DNA of 64,000 nt from Oscillospiraceae bacterium. GTDB taxonomy: Bacteria > Bacillota > Clostridia > Oscillospirales > JAGBHD01. Below, one piece after another: positions 1 to 9,943 of the stretch. Each line of letters starts with the position of its first letter. The first letter of the stretch is position 1. The position numbers and the translations under genes were made by a program. Where the stretch lies: assembly GCA_018110785.1 (NCBI GenBank), contig JAGBHD010000012.1, positions 390-64,389 on the forward strand. Direction: 5' to 3'. The notes beneath the pieces are model-generated. The model was given only the letters and a program-made list of their open reading frames with translations. It was not told where the DNA came from and did no database searches.

Positions 1-596
1 GTTTCGCACATCTTGCGAATTTCGCGGTTTCTGCCCTCTGAGAGGATAAATTCCATAACAGTTCTGTTAGGGTCTGCCGATATAACATGAATCGTGCAGG
101 GAGCGGTTTTCTTCCCGTCTATCTCAACGCCCAAAGATAAGGCAATTATCTGCTCTTCTGTTACCTTCTCTCTAACCGTTACGCGGTAATGCTTTTTTAT
201 TCCGCCGCTTGGGTGCATTATCATATTAGCAAATTTTCCGTCATTCGTCAATAATAAAAGTCCCTCGGAATTTTTATCAAGTCGGCCGATAGGATAAACC
301 CTGTCGGGAAGGTCGGAAACTAACTCTGTAACGCATTTTCTGCCAAGTTCATCGCTCATGGTTGTAACATAACCGCGGGGCTTATAAAGCATTACATAAA
401 GTTTTTCCTTTTTTGCATTTATTATTATCTTTTCCCCATCTACAGCGATAATATCCCTTAAAGGATCAGCGCTGTCGCCTATTTTAGCAGGTCTGCCGTT
501 AACAGTAACTATCCCCTGCCTTATAAGCTCCTCTGCCTTTCTTCTTGAGCAATATCCGCCGGTGCTGATTATTTTCTGTATTCTTTCTAATGCCAT
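1..596 (-). CDS. Pseudouridine synthase, RluB/RsuA family (N-terminal part; gene runs off window start)
   Basis: Not in ORF track. My translation from ATG at 596 gives [40 protein letters not shown] (S4 domain), then VYPIGRLDKNSEGLLLLTNDG (catalytic Asp motif), then EGRNREIRKMCE. Confidence 0.85.
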   Translation of the reverse strand, partial: MALERIQKIISTGGYCSRRKAEELIRQGIVTVNGRPAKIGDSADPLRDIIAVDGEKIIINAKKEKLYVMLYKPRGYVTTMSDELGRKCVTELVSDLPDRVYPIGRLDKNSEGLLLLTNDGKFANMIMHPSGGIKKHYRVTVREKVTEEQIIALSLGVEIDGKKTAPCTIHVISADPNRTVMEFILSEGRNREIRKMCE

Positions 597-1255
597 TTAT
601 TTTCCCCTCTTTTCTGAACTAAAATCATTCCGTCGCCAATGGGTGTTAGTGCGCTATATAATTCTTCATTATTTGTTATTTCCGAAATAAACGAGCGAAG
701 CCTTTTAACAATAGTCATATCCCGCCTTGAGCTTCTTGAGCTTTCGGCAACAAGCCCATCAAAAAGAACATCATCAACTAATAAAACCCCGTTATCAGAA
801 AGTCTTTCCAATAAATAAGGCAAAAACGCGGGATACTGCCCTTTAGCCGCATCAAGAAAAATAAAATCGTATTTTTCCTTTAAGGTCGGCAAAATCTCAG
901 CCGCTTGTCCCTCTAAAAGGGTTATTTTCCCCTCTTTATCAAACCGAGCAAAGTTTTCTTTGGCGCGGTTTATCATATAGTCATATCGGTCGATAGTTGT
1001 AATCTCGGCATTCGGACAAGCGTTTTTCATTAAAATTGCCGAAAAACCAACGCAGGTTCCTATCTCCAATATCTTCCGGGGCTTTATTAAAAGGCATAAA
1101 AACTGCAAAAACCTTGCCGCCGAGGGGCGAACTATCGGAAGATGCTCATTTTCTCTAAGCTCCTTTTCCAATACCGCCGCATCGCCAATAAGAGGCGATA
1201 AATTATTATTAAGAAACTCTGTTATCTCGGGATAATTTATCTTTTCCTCATACAT
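587..1255 (-). CDS. Class I SAM-dependent O-methyltransferase (family 3, YrrM/TrmR-like)
   Basis: [15 protein letters not shown]-binding motif, DFIFLDAAK. About 220 aa, typical of the caffeoyl-CoA OMT-like family. Confidence 0.8.
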   Translation of the reverse strand: MYEEKINYPEITEFLNNNLSPLIGDAAVLEKELRENEHLPIVRPSAARFLQFLCLLIKPRKILEIGTCVGFSAILMKNACPNAEITTIDRYDYMINRAKENFARFDKEGKITLLEGQAAEILPTLKEKYDFIFLDAAKGQYPAFLPYLLERLSDNGVLLVDDVLFDGLVAESSRSSRRDMTIVKRLRSFISEITNNEELYSALTPIGDGMILVQKRGENKWH

Positions 1256-1922
1256 CTTTTTTCATTTCCTGCTTTTCTGCTATAAGCATTTTTATCGGAA
1301 TACCCTCAGAAGAAAACATTCTTTCGTGTTCGGTTATAATATTATCCTCTCTGTTTTCTCTGTGTAAATCCCAAGTTAAATATGTAATTTTAAAACCGCA
1401 ATCAGAAAAATATTCCAAGCTTTCCTCGAAAAGCTCATCGTCGTCGGTCTTAAAACGAATTTCTCCGCCGTCTACTAAAAATTCGCGGTATTTCATAAGC
1501 TGTCGGGGATATGTAAGCCGCCTTTTCTTGTGCTTCGCTTTTGGCCAAGGATTGGGAAAGTTTATATAAATTCTCTCGATTTTATCCTCGGGAGATAATA
1601 TCATATCAATTCTTTCAATATCGTGGGCCATTATTAAAACATTGTCTATCTCTCTGTCAACAGCGGCAAAAACTCTTTCTATATTTCGCTTTGCAACAAC
1701 CAAAACCTCGCTTTTAATATCAACCGCGAGATAGTTTATATCGGGATTTTGAGCCGCAAGCTCGGCTATAAATCCGCCTTTTCCGCAGCCGAGTTCGAGC
1801 ATCAAGGGGGCTTTTCTTTTAAAGATAGAAGCCCATTTGCTATAATGCTCCAGAGGCGCTTGTATATTAAAATCAACCGATGCAAGTTCTCCCCTTGCAT
1901 AAGGCTTTCTTCTCATTCTCAT
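1248..1922 (-). CDS. trmB: tRNA (guanine46-N7)-methyltransferase
   Basis: [27 protein letters not shown] motifs. Confidence 0.9.
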   Translation of the reverse strand: MRMRRKPYARGELASVDFNIQAPLEHYSKWASIFKRKAPLMLELGCGKGGFIAELAAQNPDINYLAVDIKSEVLVVAKRNIERVFAAVDREIDNVLIMAHDIERIDMILSPEDKIERIYINFPNPWPKAKHKKRRLTYPRQLMKYREFLVDGGEIRFKTDDDELFEESLEYFSDCGFKITYLTWDLHRENREDNIITEHERMFSSEGIPIKMLIAEKQEMKKDV

Positions 1923-1975
1923 ATCGTTTTAATCCTTAAAAACACCGTCCGCAAAAAACGGACGGTGTTCACATT

Positions 1976-3271
1976 TTATGCGTAGGTTTTGCCCTTGATT
2001 TCAGGCGTTTTATAGGTAAGCTTTAAAGGCTCACGCTGCTTATTATGTGTAAGGCTCGGAAGTCCACCGTTAACGCTTTCGGGAGTTATAACTATCTTTT
2101 CAATAGTATGGTCGCTCGGAACGGTAAACATAACGGGAGTTAATATTTCTTCCATTATTGCGCGAAGTCCTCTCGCGCCCGTTTTTCTCTCTATTGCCTT
2201 CTCCGCTATTTCTCTTAAAGCCTCGTCCTCAAAAACAAGCTCAACATTCTCCATAGAAAGAAGCTTCTGATATTGCTTTGTAAGAGCGTTTTTAGGCTCC
2301 TTCAAAATTCTAACCAAGCTATCAACATCTAAAGCATCAAGCGCCGCTATAACAGGCATTCTGCCTATAAGCTCAGGAATTATTCCAAACTTAACGATAT
2401 CGCTCGGCAAAACCTTTTTAAGAAGCTCTGCGCCTTTTTTCTCCTGCTTTGTATAAACAGTTCCGCCAAAGCCCAAGGTTGAGCGGTTGGCTCTTGAAGA
2501 TATAATCTTTTCAAGTCCGTCAAATGCACCGCCGCAGATGAAAAGAATATTAGAGGTGTTAATTTTAAGCATCTCCTGCTGAGGATGCTTCCTTCCGCCC
2601 TGAGGAGGAACAGAAGCTGTTGTTCCCTCTAAAATTTTCAAAAGCGCCTGCTGAACTCCCTCTCCGCTGACATCGCGGGTAATAGAGGTATTTTCCGACT
2701 TTCTTGAAATCTTATCTATCTCATCAATATAAATAATTCCGCGCTCAGCAAGAGAAATATCATAATCAGCATTCTGAATAAGACGAAGCAATATATTCTC
2801 TACGTCCTCGCCGACATAGCCTGCCTCTGTAAGGGTTGTTGCATCGGCGATAGCAAAGGGAACATTAAGCATACGAGCTAAAGAACTTGCCAAAAGAGTT
2901 TTTCCAACGCCTGTAGGTCCTAAAAGGAGAACATTGCTCTTTTGAATTTCAACATCGTTATCTGCTCTCAGAAAAATTCTCTTGTAATGGTTATAAACCG
3001 CAACGGTAAGCGCAACCTTAGCATCGTCCTGACCGATAACATATTGGTCTAAAACCTCTTTCATCTGCTGAGGGGTCATTAAAACGCTTTCTTTTTTCGG
3101 CGCTCTTCTCTTCCTTTGGGGAGCTTCCTCGTCGTTTAGAAGAGAATGGCAAAGCGATATACATTCTTCGCATATAACTCCGCCGGGGCCTTGAATAAAC
3201 CTTAAATCATCGCTCTCTGTTTTTCCGCAGAATATGCAATGAAGCGGCGGTTTCGAGTTGTTAGTGGACAT
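1976..3271 (-). CDS. clpX: ATP-dependent Clp protease ATP-binding subunit ClpX
   Basis: N-terminal C4 zinc finger (CIFCGK...CEEC), Walker [17 protein letters not shown]. Located next to clpP. Confidence 0.97.
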   Translation of the reverse strand: MSTNNSKPPLHCIFCGKTESDDLRFIQGPGGVICEECISLCHSLLNDEEAPQRKRRAPKKESVLMTPQQMKEVLDQYVIGQDDAKVALTVAVYNHYKRIFLRADNDVEIQKSNVLLLGPTGVGKTLLASSLARMLNVPFAIADATTLTEAGYVGEDVENILLRLIQNADYDISLAERGIIYIDEIDKISRKSENTSITRDVSGEGVQQALLKILEGTTASVPPQGGRKHPQQEMLKINTSNILFICGGAFDGLEKIISSRANRSTLGFGGTVYTKQEKKGAELLKKVLPSDIVKFGIIPELIGRMPVIAALDALDVDSLVRILKEPKNALTKQYQKLLSMENVELVFEDEALREIAEKAIERKTGARGLRAIMEEILTPVMFTVPSDHTIEKIVITPESVNGGLPSLTHNKQREPLKLTYKTPEIKGKTYA

Positions 3272-3281
3272 TTAAAGTCTC

Positions 3282-3863
3282 CTATCTCTTTTCGATTACT
3301 TTATCAACAAGCCCGTAATTACAAGCAGTTTCAGCATCCATAAAGTTATCTCTTTCGGTATCGCGGGTTATCTCTTCTATCATCTTGCCTGTATTCTCCG
3401 CTAAGATACGATTGAGCTTTTCTTTAGTTTTTAAAATATGGTCAGCGTGTATCTTAATATCAGTAGCCTGACCTTTCATTCCGCCGAGCGGCTGATGGAT
3501 CATAATCTCGCTGTTAGGAAGAGCATATCTCTTGCCCTTAGCGCCGCTTGATAAAAGGAATGCTCCCATAGATGCAGCCATACCGATACAAATTGTAGAA
3601 ACATCGCATTTGATATACTGCATTGTATCGTAAATAGCCATACCCGCAGTAACCGAGCCGCCGGGGCTGTTTATATAAAGGCTAATATCCTTTTCGGGAT
3701 CCTGACCTTCAAGGTATAGAAGCTGAGCTACAACCAAACTTGCAGTTGCATCATTAACCTCATCGCAAAGCATAATTATTCTGTCGTTCAAAAGGCGGGA
3801 AAAAATATCATAGCTTCTTTCCCCGCGATTAGTCTGTTCGACAACCATAGGTACTAAACTCAT
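3282..3863 (-). CDS. clpP: ATP-dependent Clp protease proteolytic subunit
   Basis: [22 protein letters not shown] (active Ser), IMIHQPLGG. Confidence 0.97.
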   Translation of the reverse strand: MSLVPMVVEQTNRGERSYDIFSRLLNDRIIMLCDEVNDATASLVVAQLLYLEGQDPEKDISLYINSPGGSVTAGMAIYDTMQYIKCDVSTICIGMAASMGAFLLSSGAKGKRYALPNSEIMIHQPLGGMKGQATDIKIHADHILKTKEKLNRILAENTGKMIEEITRDTERDNFMDAETACNYGLVDKVIEKR

Positions 3864-3896
3864 CTTAAATTCCTCCGTTAAACTTTATATATAAGA

Positions 3897-3929
3897 AATG
3901 TGCAAACAGCCCTCAGCCGATTGCACATT
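3897..3929 (-). terminator. Hairpin after tig (9-bp arms AATGTGCAA/TTGCACATT)
   Basis: Inverted repeat 3897-3905/3921-3929, 15-nt loop, moderately U-rich tail on the minus strand. Confidence 0.5.
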
Positions 3930-3944
3930 CCTTTAAAAACTTAA

Positions 3945-5270
3945 TTATTCGGCATCTTTCTTCGCTGTTGTTTTCTTTGCAGCAGGCTTCTTTTCCTCAA
4001 CCTCTGCAGAATTCTTCACAACTTCCAAAGCCTTGTTTACAAGAATATCCTTCTTGATTTCTTTGGGATCGATAAGACCTTTAACCTGCTCTACGGGAAC
4101 AGAATAGGTTTCAGCAATTCTATTGATTTCTGCTTCAACATCTTCGTCAGATGCTGTAAATCCCTCAAGCGCTGCAACCTCTTCCAAGGAAAGGCGAAGC
4201 TTAACCTGCTTCTCTGCCTGCTCGTTATAATTCTCGCGCATAGCTTCCTCGGTCATACCGGTATATTCCATATAATTCTTAAGGCTCATTCCCTGAGAAG
4301 ATAAGCGATAGTCAAACTCATTGAGCATTTCATCAACGCGCGCATCAATCATGCATTTAGGAATGCTAACCTCTGTGTTCTCCATAAGCTTATCTAAAAC
4401 TTCGCTTTCAAAAGCGTTCTCAGCAGCTGCTTTGTTTCTTTCCTGAATTTTCTTCTTGGTGTCTTTCTTAAGCTCATCAAGAGTATCGAATTCGCTTACA
4501 TCCTTTGCAAACTCATCATCAAGCTCAGGAAGCTCTTTAACCTTGATTTCGTGGATCTTAACCTTGAATACAGCGGGCTTGCCGGAAAGCTCAGCCGCAT
4601 GGTATTCCTTCGGGAACTCAACATTAACATCGAATTCATCTCCGATATTATGGTTCTCCATCTGCTCCTCAAATCCGGGGATAAACTGTCCCGAACCTAA
4701 AACGAGGGTATATTTCTCAGCCTTGCCGCCCTCAAACTGCTTGCCGTCAACATATCCGTCGAAATCAAATGTAACGGTATCGCCGTTTTTGGTTGCTCTA
4801 TCGTCAACTGTTACCATTCTGGAGTTGCGGTCTCTGAGCATTTCAATCTCAGCATTAACTTCCTTAGCAGTTACAGTTTTAACATCTTTTTTAGCTTTTA
4901 ATCCCTTATAGGAAGAAATTTTAACTGCGGGTTTAACGGTTATTTTAGCATCGAAGGTAAAGCCGTTTTTATCAACGCTCTTAACCTCAACATCGGGTTT
5001 ATTAACGGGCTCAAGTCCGCTCTCTTCAACCATCTCAGCATATGCTGCAGGATAAACATCGTTTATAGCATCTTCAAAGAATACGCCTTCGCCGTAAAGC
5101 TTCTCGATAATGCTTCTGGGAGCCTTGCCCTTGCGGAATCCGGGAACCTGAATGCTCTTAGCGTTTTTCTTGAAAGCGCGGTCAACGGCAGCGGTAAACT
5201 GCTCGCCCGAAACCTCTACAGATAATAAGTATTCGTTTTCGCTGATTTGTTCTTTTTTTGTAATAGTCAT
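3945..5270 (-). CDS. tig: Trigger factor
   Basis: GFRKGKAP ribosome-binding signature, central FKBP-like PPIase region, acidic C-terminus. tig-clpP-clpX synteny. Confidence 0.95.
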   Translation of the reverse strand: MTITKKEQISENEYLLSVEVSGEQFTAAVDRAFKKNAKSIQVPGFRKGKAPRSIIEKLYGEGVFFEDAINDVYPAAYAEMVEESGLEPVNKPDVEVKSVDKNGFTFDAKITVKPAVKISSYKGLKAKKDVKTVTAKEVNAEIEMLRDRNSRMVTVDDRATKNGDTVTFDFDGYVDGKQFEGGKAEKYTLVLGSGQFIPGFEEQMENHNIGDEFDVNVEFPKEYHAAELSGKPAVFKVKIHEIKVKELPELDDEFAKDVSEFDTLDELKKDTKKKIQERNKAAAENAFESEVLDKLMENTEVSIPKCMIDARVDEMLNEFDYRLSSQGMSLKNYMEYTGMTEEAMRENYNEQAEKQVKLRLSLEEVAALEGFTASDEDVEAEINRIAETYSVPVEQVKGLIDPKEIKKDILVNKALEVVKNSAEVEEKKPAAKKTTAKKDAE

Positions 5271-5352
5271 TTTTTACTACCCCTTAAAAATATTTCCAAC
5301 CGTTTTATTATATCATACCTTATTTTAAAAATCAAACCTTTTATAAAGATTT

Positions 5353-6048
5353 TTAAATAACTTTGTAAGGTTTGAACTTTAAATAGTCCGAAGAGATGAG
5401 TTTATAGTCAATTCCGTCAATAATTCCCTCGCTCGCAAAGGATTTAGAGGCAGAATGAATATGTCCGTAAAAGCATCTCCGAACACCAAATTCTTTCATA
5501 ATCTCTATAAGACCTTCTGCCTTACCCGCCTTAAAAATCGGCGGATAATGGAGAAAAACAACAGGCTCTAACCCCGCCTTCGAAGCCGACTCTAAAGAAA
5601 GGCGAAGTCTTCCCTCTTCTCTCAATGCAATTTTTTTGTCCTCTGCGGTAAAAACGGCATTTTCCTCTAATATCCAGCCGCGCGTTCCCGCTATGGATAT
5701 TCCGCCTATTTCATAATGATTATTATGTAAAAGCGAGAGGGTAGAAAGTCCTTTTTCCTTAAAAAAGCTGTTTATCTTATTCGCCGTTGCCCACCAATAA
5801 TCGTGGTTACCCTTTAAAATAATTTTTTGCCCATTTAAAGAATTTAGAAATTCGAAATCGCGTAAACTCTCTTCTAAGCTCATTCCCCAAGAAAGGTCCC
5901 CCGCAATTACAACGGTATCCTCAGGCGCAACTGTAGCTTCCCAGTTCTCCCGTATTCTCTCAACATAATTTTCCCATCCTCTGAAAACCTCCATTGATTT
6001 ATCGCTCGAAAGCGATAAATGAAGATCTCCTATGGCAAAAACGCTCAT
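5353..6048 (-). CDS. Metallophosphoesterase (calcineurin-like)
   Basis: GDLHL, GDLSW, GNHDYW, GHIH metal-binding motifs. Confidence 0.75.
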   Translation of the reverse strand: MSVFAIGDLHLSLSSDKSMEVFRGWENYVERIRENWEATVAPEDTVVIAGDLSWGMSLEESLRDFEFLNSLNGQKIILKGNHDYWWATANKINSFFKEKGLSTLSLLHNNHYEIGGISIAGTRGWILEENAVFTAEDKKIALREEGRLRLSLESASKAGLEPVVFLHYPPIFKAGKAEGLIEIMKEFGVRRCFYGHIHSASKSFASEGIIDGIDYKLISSDYLKFKPYKVI

Positions 6049-6057
6049 AACTTTTCC

Positions 6058-6960
6058 TCACAGAATTTTTTCTAAAAACTGAATAGCATTTTCATATAAT
6101 TTCTCTATCGGAATACCCAAATTTTCTATCTCTGAAAAAATAAGCCCGATATCTCGAAGTCCTCTTATATCATTTGGCATATCGGCGCCATCGAAATCGC
6201 TCCCTAAAACAACGCCGTTTTCATCTAATTTATAATAATGCTCGATATGCCGAGCTACCGCTGTCGCATCAAAATTCGGGCCTATAAAATCCTTATGAAA
6301 ATTAACCCCTGCAACCCCGCCGCGACGGACAATTTCCAAATAGCTTTCGTCGCTTAAATTTCGGGGATTTTTATGGATCGAAAGGCTGCTGCTATGGGTT
6401 GCTAAAACGGGCTTTTTCGCTATTTTCAGCGCATCATCTATACTCTTCGGATTTAAATGCGAAAGGTCTAAGGTTATCCCGATTTCTTCCATTTTCCGAA
6501 TAATTTTTTTGCCATTCTCCGAAATCTGACCACTGCCTAACGCTCCGCCCGCAAAGGCATTATCCGAATTCCATGTAAGCGAGGCAATTCTTACCCCATC
6601 TTCGTAAACCTTTTTGATTTCTTCCTCTGCCGCAAAGGAGAAATTTTCGATAGAAAGAAGAATTTTTATCTTCCCTTTTTTCTTCAAATCCTCTCTTTTT
6701 TTAACGAGTATCACCTTATCAGAAAAACGGTTTAATTGATTATGAAAATAATCAATATTTCTTTGGTAGTATTCTTTTGCCTCTTTTTCAGATAAATTTT
6801 CGGGTAAAAAAATAGCAAAAACTTGCAAAAATTCGTCCAAATTTTGCGCAAATTTTGCATCAAAATTTAACCCGTTTTCGAACAAATCAGCCCCTTTTTC
6901 CGACATAACGGTAAGGGTATCAGAGTGAAAATCAGCAAAAGGCATCTTCAATATGAACAA
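6058..6960 (-). CDS. Membrane dipeptidase (peptidase M19 family)
   Basis: FHSDT, LTWNSDN, LDLSHL, ATHSS, GSDFDG motifs. The start may be Met6 (6945). Confidence 0.8.
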   Translation of the reverse strand: MFILKMPFADFHSDTLTVMSEKGADLFENGLNFDAKFAQNLDEFLQVFAIFLPENLSEKEAKEYYQRNIDYFHNQLNRFSDKVILVKKREDLKKKGKIKILLSIENFSFAAEEEIKKVYEDGVRIASLTWNSDNAFAGGALGSGQISENGKKIIRKMEEIGITLDLSHLNPKSIDDALKIAKKPVLATHSSSLSIHKNPRNLSDESYLEIVRRGGVAGVNFHKDFIGPNFDATAVARHIEHYYKLDENGVVLGSDFDGADMPNDIRGLRDIGLIFSEIENLGIPIEKLYENAIQFLEKIL

Positions 6961-7282
6961 TCTCCTTTATCTCTTCGGCGCTGGAATTTAAAAGAATTTC
7001 TATAATATCAAACCTCGGTTGGCCCGAAATTTTATTATTTAATATATAATTTCGCGCCGCGCTGATTATTCTTTTTTGCTTGAATATAGTTACCGCTTCG
7101 GCAGGTCTTCCCCCATAAAGAGAGGAACGGGTTTTAACCTCTACAAAAGCTAAAATCCCCTTTTTATAGGCGATTATATCTATCTCTCCGCTGACAATTT
7201 TATAGTTTGTTTCTATTATTTTATAGCCCTTTTTGCGAAGATATTTAGCCGCCGCTTTTTCTCCGAATTCTCCGCGGTTCAT
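6932..7282 (-). CDS. YraN family endonuclease (UPF0102)
   Basis: GEKAAAKYLRKKGYKIIETNY...GEIDIIA...FVEVKTR signature. Located next to rnhB, as is common. Confidence 0.85.
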   Translation of the reverse strand: MNRGEFGEKAAAKYLRKKGYKIIETNYKIVSGEIDIIAYKKGILAFVEVKTRSSLYGGRPAEAVTIFKQKRIISAARNYILNNKISGQPRFDIIEILLNSSAEEIKEIVHIEDAFC

Positions 7283-7887
7283 ATTTTTGCTCTTTTCTCA
7301 TCGAGATTTTTTAAAAAGGAGCGGCGGTGCTCGGGCAATAAACCATGTTTTAAAATGGCTTCATAATGCGCTTTTGTGCCGTAGCCCTTATGTTTTTCGA
7401 GAGCATATTCGGGATATTTTTCTCCATCTTCCTTTATGGCTCTATCTCTTGAAACCTTTGCCAAAATAGAAGCCGCCGCAATAGAAGCACTTTTAGAATC
7501 GCCCTTTACAATACATTCTGTTTCAGCAGAAATCGGGGGCGCAGAGATGCCATCTATAAGCGCGGCATCGGGCTTTACTATAAGACCTTCAAAGGCGCGC
7601 TTCATTGCAAGCATTGTTGCATTGAGTATATTTATCTCATCTATTTCTTTAGCGCTCGCAGAGGCTACACAGTAACATAGCGCACGGGAAACTATCTCAT
7701 CATAAAGCTTTTCTCTTTTCTTTTCGGAAAGCTTTTTGGAATCGTTTACGCCCTCTATCAAATCATCTTTTTTCAAAACTACTGCCGCCGCGAATACAGG
7801 GCCATACAAAGGGCCTCTGCCCGCTTCATCTATTCCGCAGACATATTCAGCGCCGAGGGAATACCATTTTGTTTCAAATTCGAACAT
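7279..7887 (-). CDS. rnhB: Ribonuclease HII
   Basis: GIDEAGRGPL, DSKKLS, KGDS motifs. Confidence 0.93.
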   Translation of the reverse strand: MFEFETKWYSLGAEYVCGIDEAGRGPLYGPVFAAAVVLKKDDLIEGVNDSKKLSEKKREKLYDEIVSRALCYCVASASAKEIDEINILNATMLAMKRAFEGLIVKPDAALIDGISAPPISAETECIVKGDSKSASIAAASILAKVSRDRAIKEDGEKYPEYALEKHKGYGTKAHYEAILKHGLLPEHRRSFLKNLDEKRAKI

Positions 7888-7890
7888 TTT

Positions 7891-8751
7891 TTACACCTTC
7901 GGTCTTTCAAGACTAATTTTTCCGATTTTTCCGCCTCTGAATTCATCGAGCAGCATAGCCGCCGCTCTCTCTGTATTAAGCTCGCCGCCTGAGATCAGCA
8001 TTCCTCTTTTTCTTGCAACTAATTGCAAAAGGTCGTATCCATCGCTCTCTTCGGGAGCCGAGATATTATAGCGGGATAAAAACTCTTCTCTGTAATTTTC
8101 GAAAAGAAACTCGCAAAGGCGACAGGCTAAATGCTCTTTATCCAATATATCGTCCTTAATCGAGCCGCAGAAGGCGAGATGCTCTCCCATTTCTTTGTCA
8201 TCGAACTTATGCCATAAAACTCCGGGGGTATCGAATAAATCGGCAGAGCAAGAGGAAACTACCCATTGTCCGCCGCGTGTTACACCAGGACGATCCTCTG
8301 CCAAGGCTACATTGGAGCCTGCGAGCTTATTTATAAAGGTTGATTTTCCTACATTGGGAACTCCTATAACCATAAGGCGCTGTTTCTTTCCGACCATTCC
8401 TTTTTGGCGGTTTCTCTCTATCTGCTGAGAGAATACCTCTGACACCATTTTATCAAAGCCTTTAACGCCTTTTCCCGATTTACTATCGCAAAGATAGGGG
8501 CGGATACCGTTTTTGCGGTAATACTCTGCCCATTCTTCGTTTACTTTGGGGTCTGATAAATCGGATTTATTTAAAACTATTATTCTTGGTTTTGTTTTTA
8601 AAAGCTTATCGAATTCGGGGTTTCTGCTACTGAAAGGAATTCGGGCATCGACAATCTCAACCACACCATCGCAAAGATGAATCTTTTTCTCCATCATACG
8701 AAATGTTTTTGTCATATGACCGGGAAACCATTGAATATCCATCGGTTCCAT
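7891..8751 (-). CDS. rbgA: Ribosome biogenesis GTPase A (YlqF/RbgA)
   Basis: IQWFPGHM, circularly permuted GTPase (NKSDL before GVPNVGKST, DTPG). Confidence 0.92.
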   Translation of the reverse strand: MEPMDIQWFPGHMTKTFRMMEKKIHLCDGVVEIVDARIPFSSRNPEFDKLLKTKPRIIVLNKSDLSDPKVNEEWAEYYRKNGIRPYLCDSKSGKGVKGFDKMVSEVFSQQIERNRQKGMVGKKQRLMVIGVPNVGKSTFINKLAGSNVALAEDRPGVTRGGQWVVSSCSADLFDTPGVLWHKFDDKEMGEHLAFCGSIKDDILDKEHLACRLCEFLFENYREEFLSRYNISAPEESDGYDLLQLVARKRGMLISGGELNTERAAAMLLDEFRGGKIGKISLERPKV

Positions 8752-8804
8752 TTTTCTTTCCTCCTTTTAAAAAACAGGCAGCCGTTTTAGGCTGCCGAAT
8801 TGTT

Positions 8805-9356
8805 TTAATAAAGCTCTATTTCGGAAAAGGGCCAAATTCTTAAATAAACCTTTCCGAGAATATGACGCTCATCAATAGTTCCTATTTCATTAAATCTTGA
8901 ATCCCAAGATATGGCGCGGTTATCTCCCATAAGGAAGACCTCGCCTTCAGGAACTATTATCTCACCTACCATATCGCCTGTTTCAAAGGTTTTTCCCGAA
9001 ATATAGCTCTCTTCCAAAAGCTTTCCGTCAACATATACGTCTCCGCTTTCAGAATCTATTTTAACGGTTTGACCGCCTACTGCTATAACCCTTTTTATAA
9101 GCGGCTTATCATCTTCATCTGACTGAGTTGTAACTACTATATCGCCATATTTCGGCTCATAGAAAAGCCCTGATATTATAACTCTATCGCCTGTAGAAAG
9201 GGTTGGATTCATAGATGAGCCCGAAACACCTACTACGCGAAAAACATAGGTAAATAAAAGGGTTACAAAAATAAGGGCTGCCGCTATAGAGGAAACCCAT
9301 TCTATTATCTCCTTAACTGTTTTTGAAAAGGGAGATTTTCCTTTTGATACTACCAT
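8805..9356 (-). CDS. lepB: Signal peptidase I
   Basis: N-terminal TM, SGSSMNPTL (Ser), IKRVIAVGG (Lys), GDNRAISWDSR. Confidence 0.9.
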   Translation of the reverse strand: MVVSKGKSPFSKTVKEIIEWVSSIAAALIFVTLLFTYVFRVVGVSGSSMNPTLSTGDRVIISGLFYEPKYGDIVVTTQSDEDDKPLIKRVIAVGGQTVKIDSESGDVYVDGKLLEESYISGKTFETGDMVGEIIVPEGEVFLMGDNRAISWDSRFNEIGTIDERHILGKVYLRIWPFSEIELY

Positions 9357-9385
9357 TTAATTTACCTCCGTTGAAATTTCGAGAA

Positions 9386-9418
9386 ACAAAAAAGGGACAC
9401 TTTAAACCAGCGTCCCTT
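9386..9418 (-). terminator. Intrinsic terminator after rplS
   Basis: Minus strand GGGACGC-loop-GTGTCCC followed by a U6 run. Confidence 0.7.
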
Positions 9419-9434
9419 TTTCTGTTTGTTTTAA

Positions 9435-9779
9435 TTAGTTCAGCTGATCCTTAACCTTGGATGCCTTACCAACCCTATCGCGAAGATAATAAATTTTACT
9501 TCTGCGAACACGGCCTCTTCTGACAACCTCAACCTTCTCAACGTTAGGAGAATGAAGGGGGAATACCCTTTCAACACCTACACCGTAGGATACTCTACGA
9601 ACTGTAAAGGTTTCTTCGATTCCGCCATGCTTTTTAGCGATAACGGTTCCTTCGAAAAGCTGGATTCTTTCTCTTTCACCCTCTTTGATTCTAACGGATA
9701 CTTTAACGGTATCACCAACGTTGAACTGGGGTGCATCTTTTTTCAGCTGGTCGCTGTTTACTAACTTTATAGCGTCCAT
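9435..9779 (-). CDS. rplS: 50S ribosomal protein L19
   Basis: FNVGDTVKV...RIQLFEG...[18 protein letters not shown]...RRAKLYYLR-like tail. Confidence 0.97.
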   Translation of the reverse strand: MDAIKLVNSDQLKKDAPQFNVGDTVKVSVRIKEGERERIQLFEGTVIAKKHGGIEETFTVRRVSYGVGVERVFPLHSPNVEKVEVVRRGRVRRSKIYYLRDRVGKASKVKDQLN

Positions 9780-9889
9780 AATTCCTCCTGTTTTTTAAAG
9801 ACATTCATGCCTGCTGAGGGCAGAGGACTGCCTGATAAACCTTGCTTTAAGCAAGCCATCACTTCGGCAAGACGCCGAAATACTCAAAT

Positions 9890-9918
9890 ATCATACCACA
9901 CAATATTATGAAATGCAA
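9890..9918 (-). promoter_or_regulatory. Sigma-A-type promoter for rplS (TTGCAT-17-TATGAT, TGn extended -10)
   Basis: Minus strand reads TTGCAT (9918-9913), a 17-nt spacer ending TGG, then TATGAT (9895-9890). Leaves a leader of about 100 nt. Confidence 0.6.
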
Positions 9919-9943
9919 GTATTTTTTGCTAAATTTTTAATTT

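Noticed and set aside
3864-3944. CtsR operator (tandem GGTCAAA heptads) upstream of clpP
   Set aside because: No such heptad repeat is present. The only structure there is the tig terminator hairpin.
4456-4911. 151-aa Ser-rich ORF antisense to tig (and similar antisense ORFs at 37638-38135, 27755-28165, 21936-22298, 46226-46597)
   Set aside because: All are low-complexity shadow frames opposite strongly supported genes. None has an RBS or a recognisable motif.
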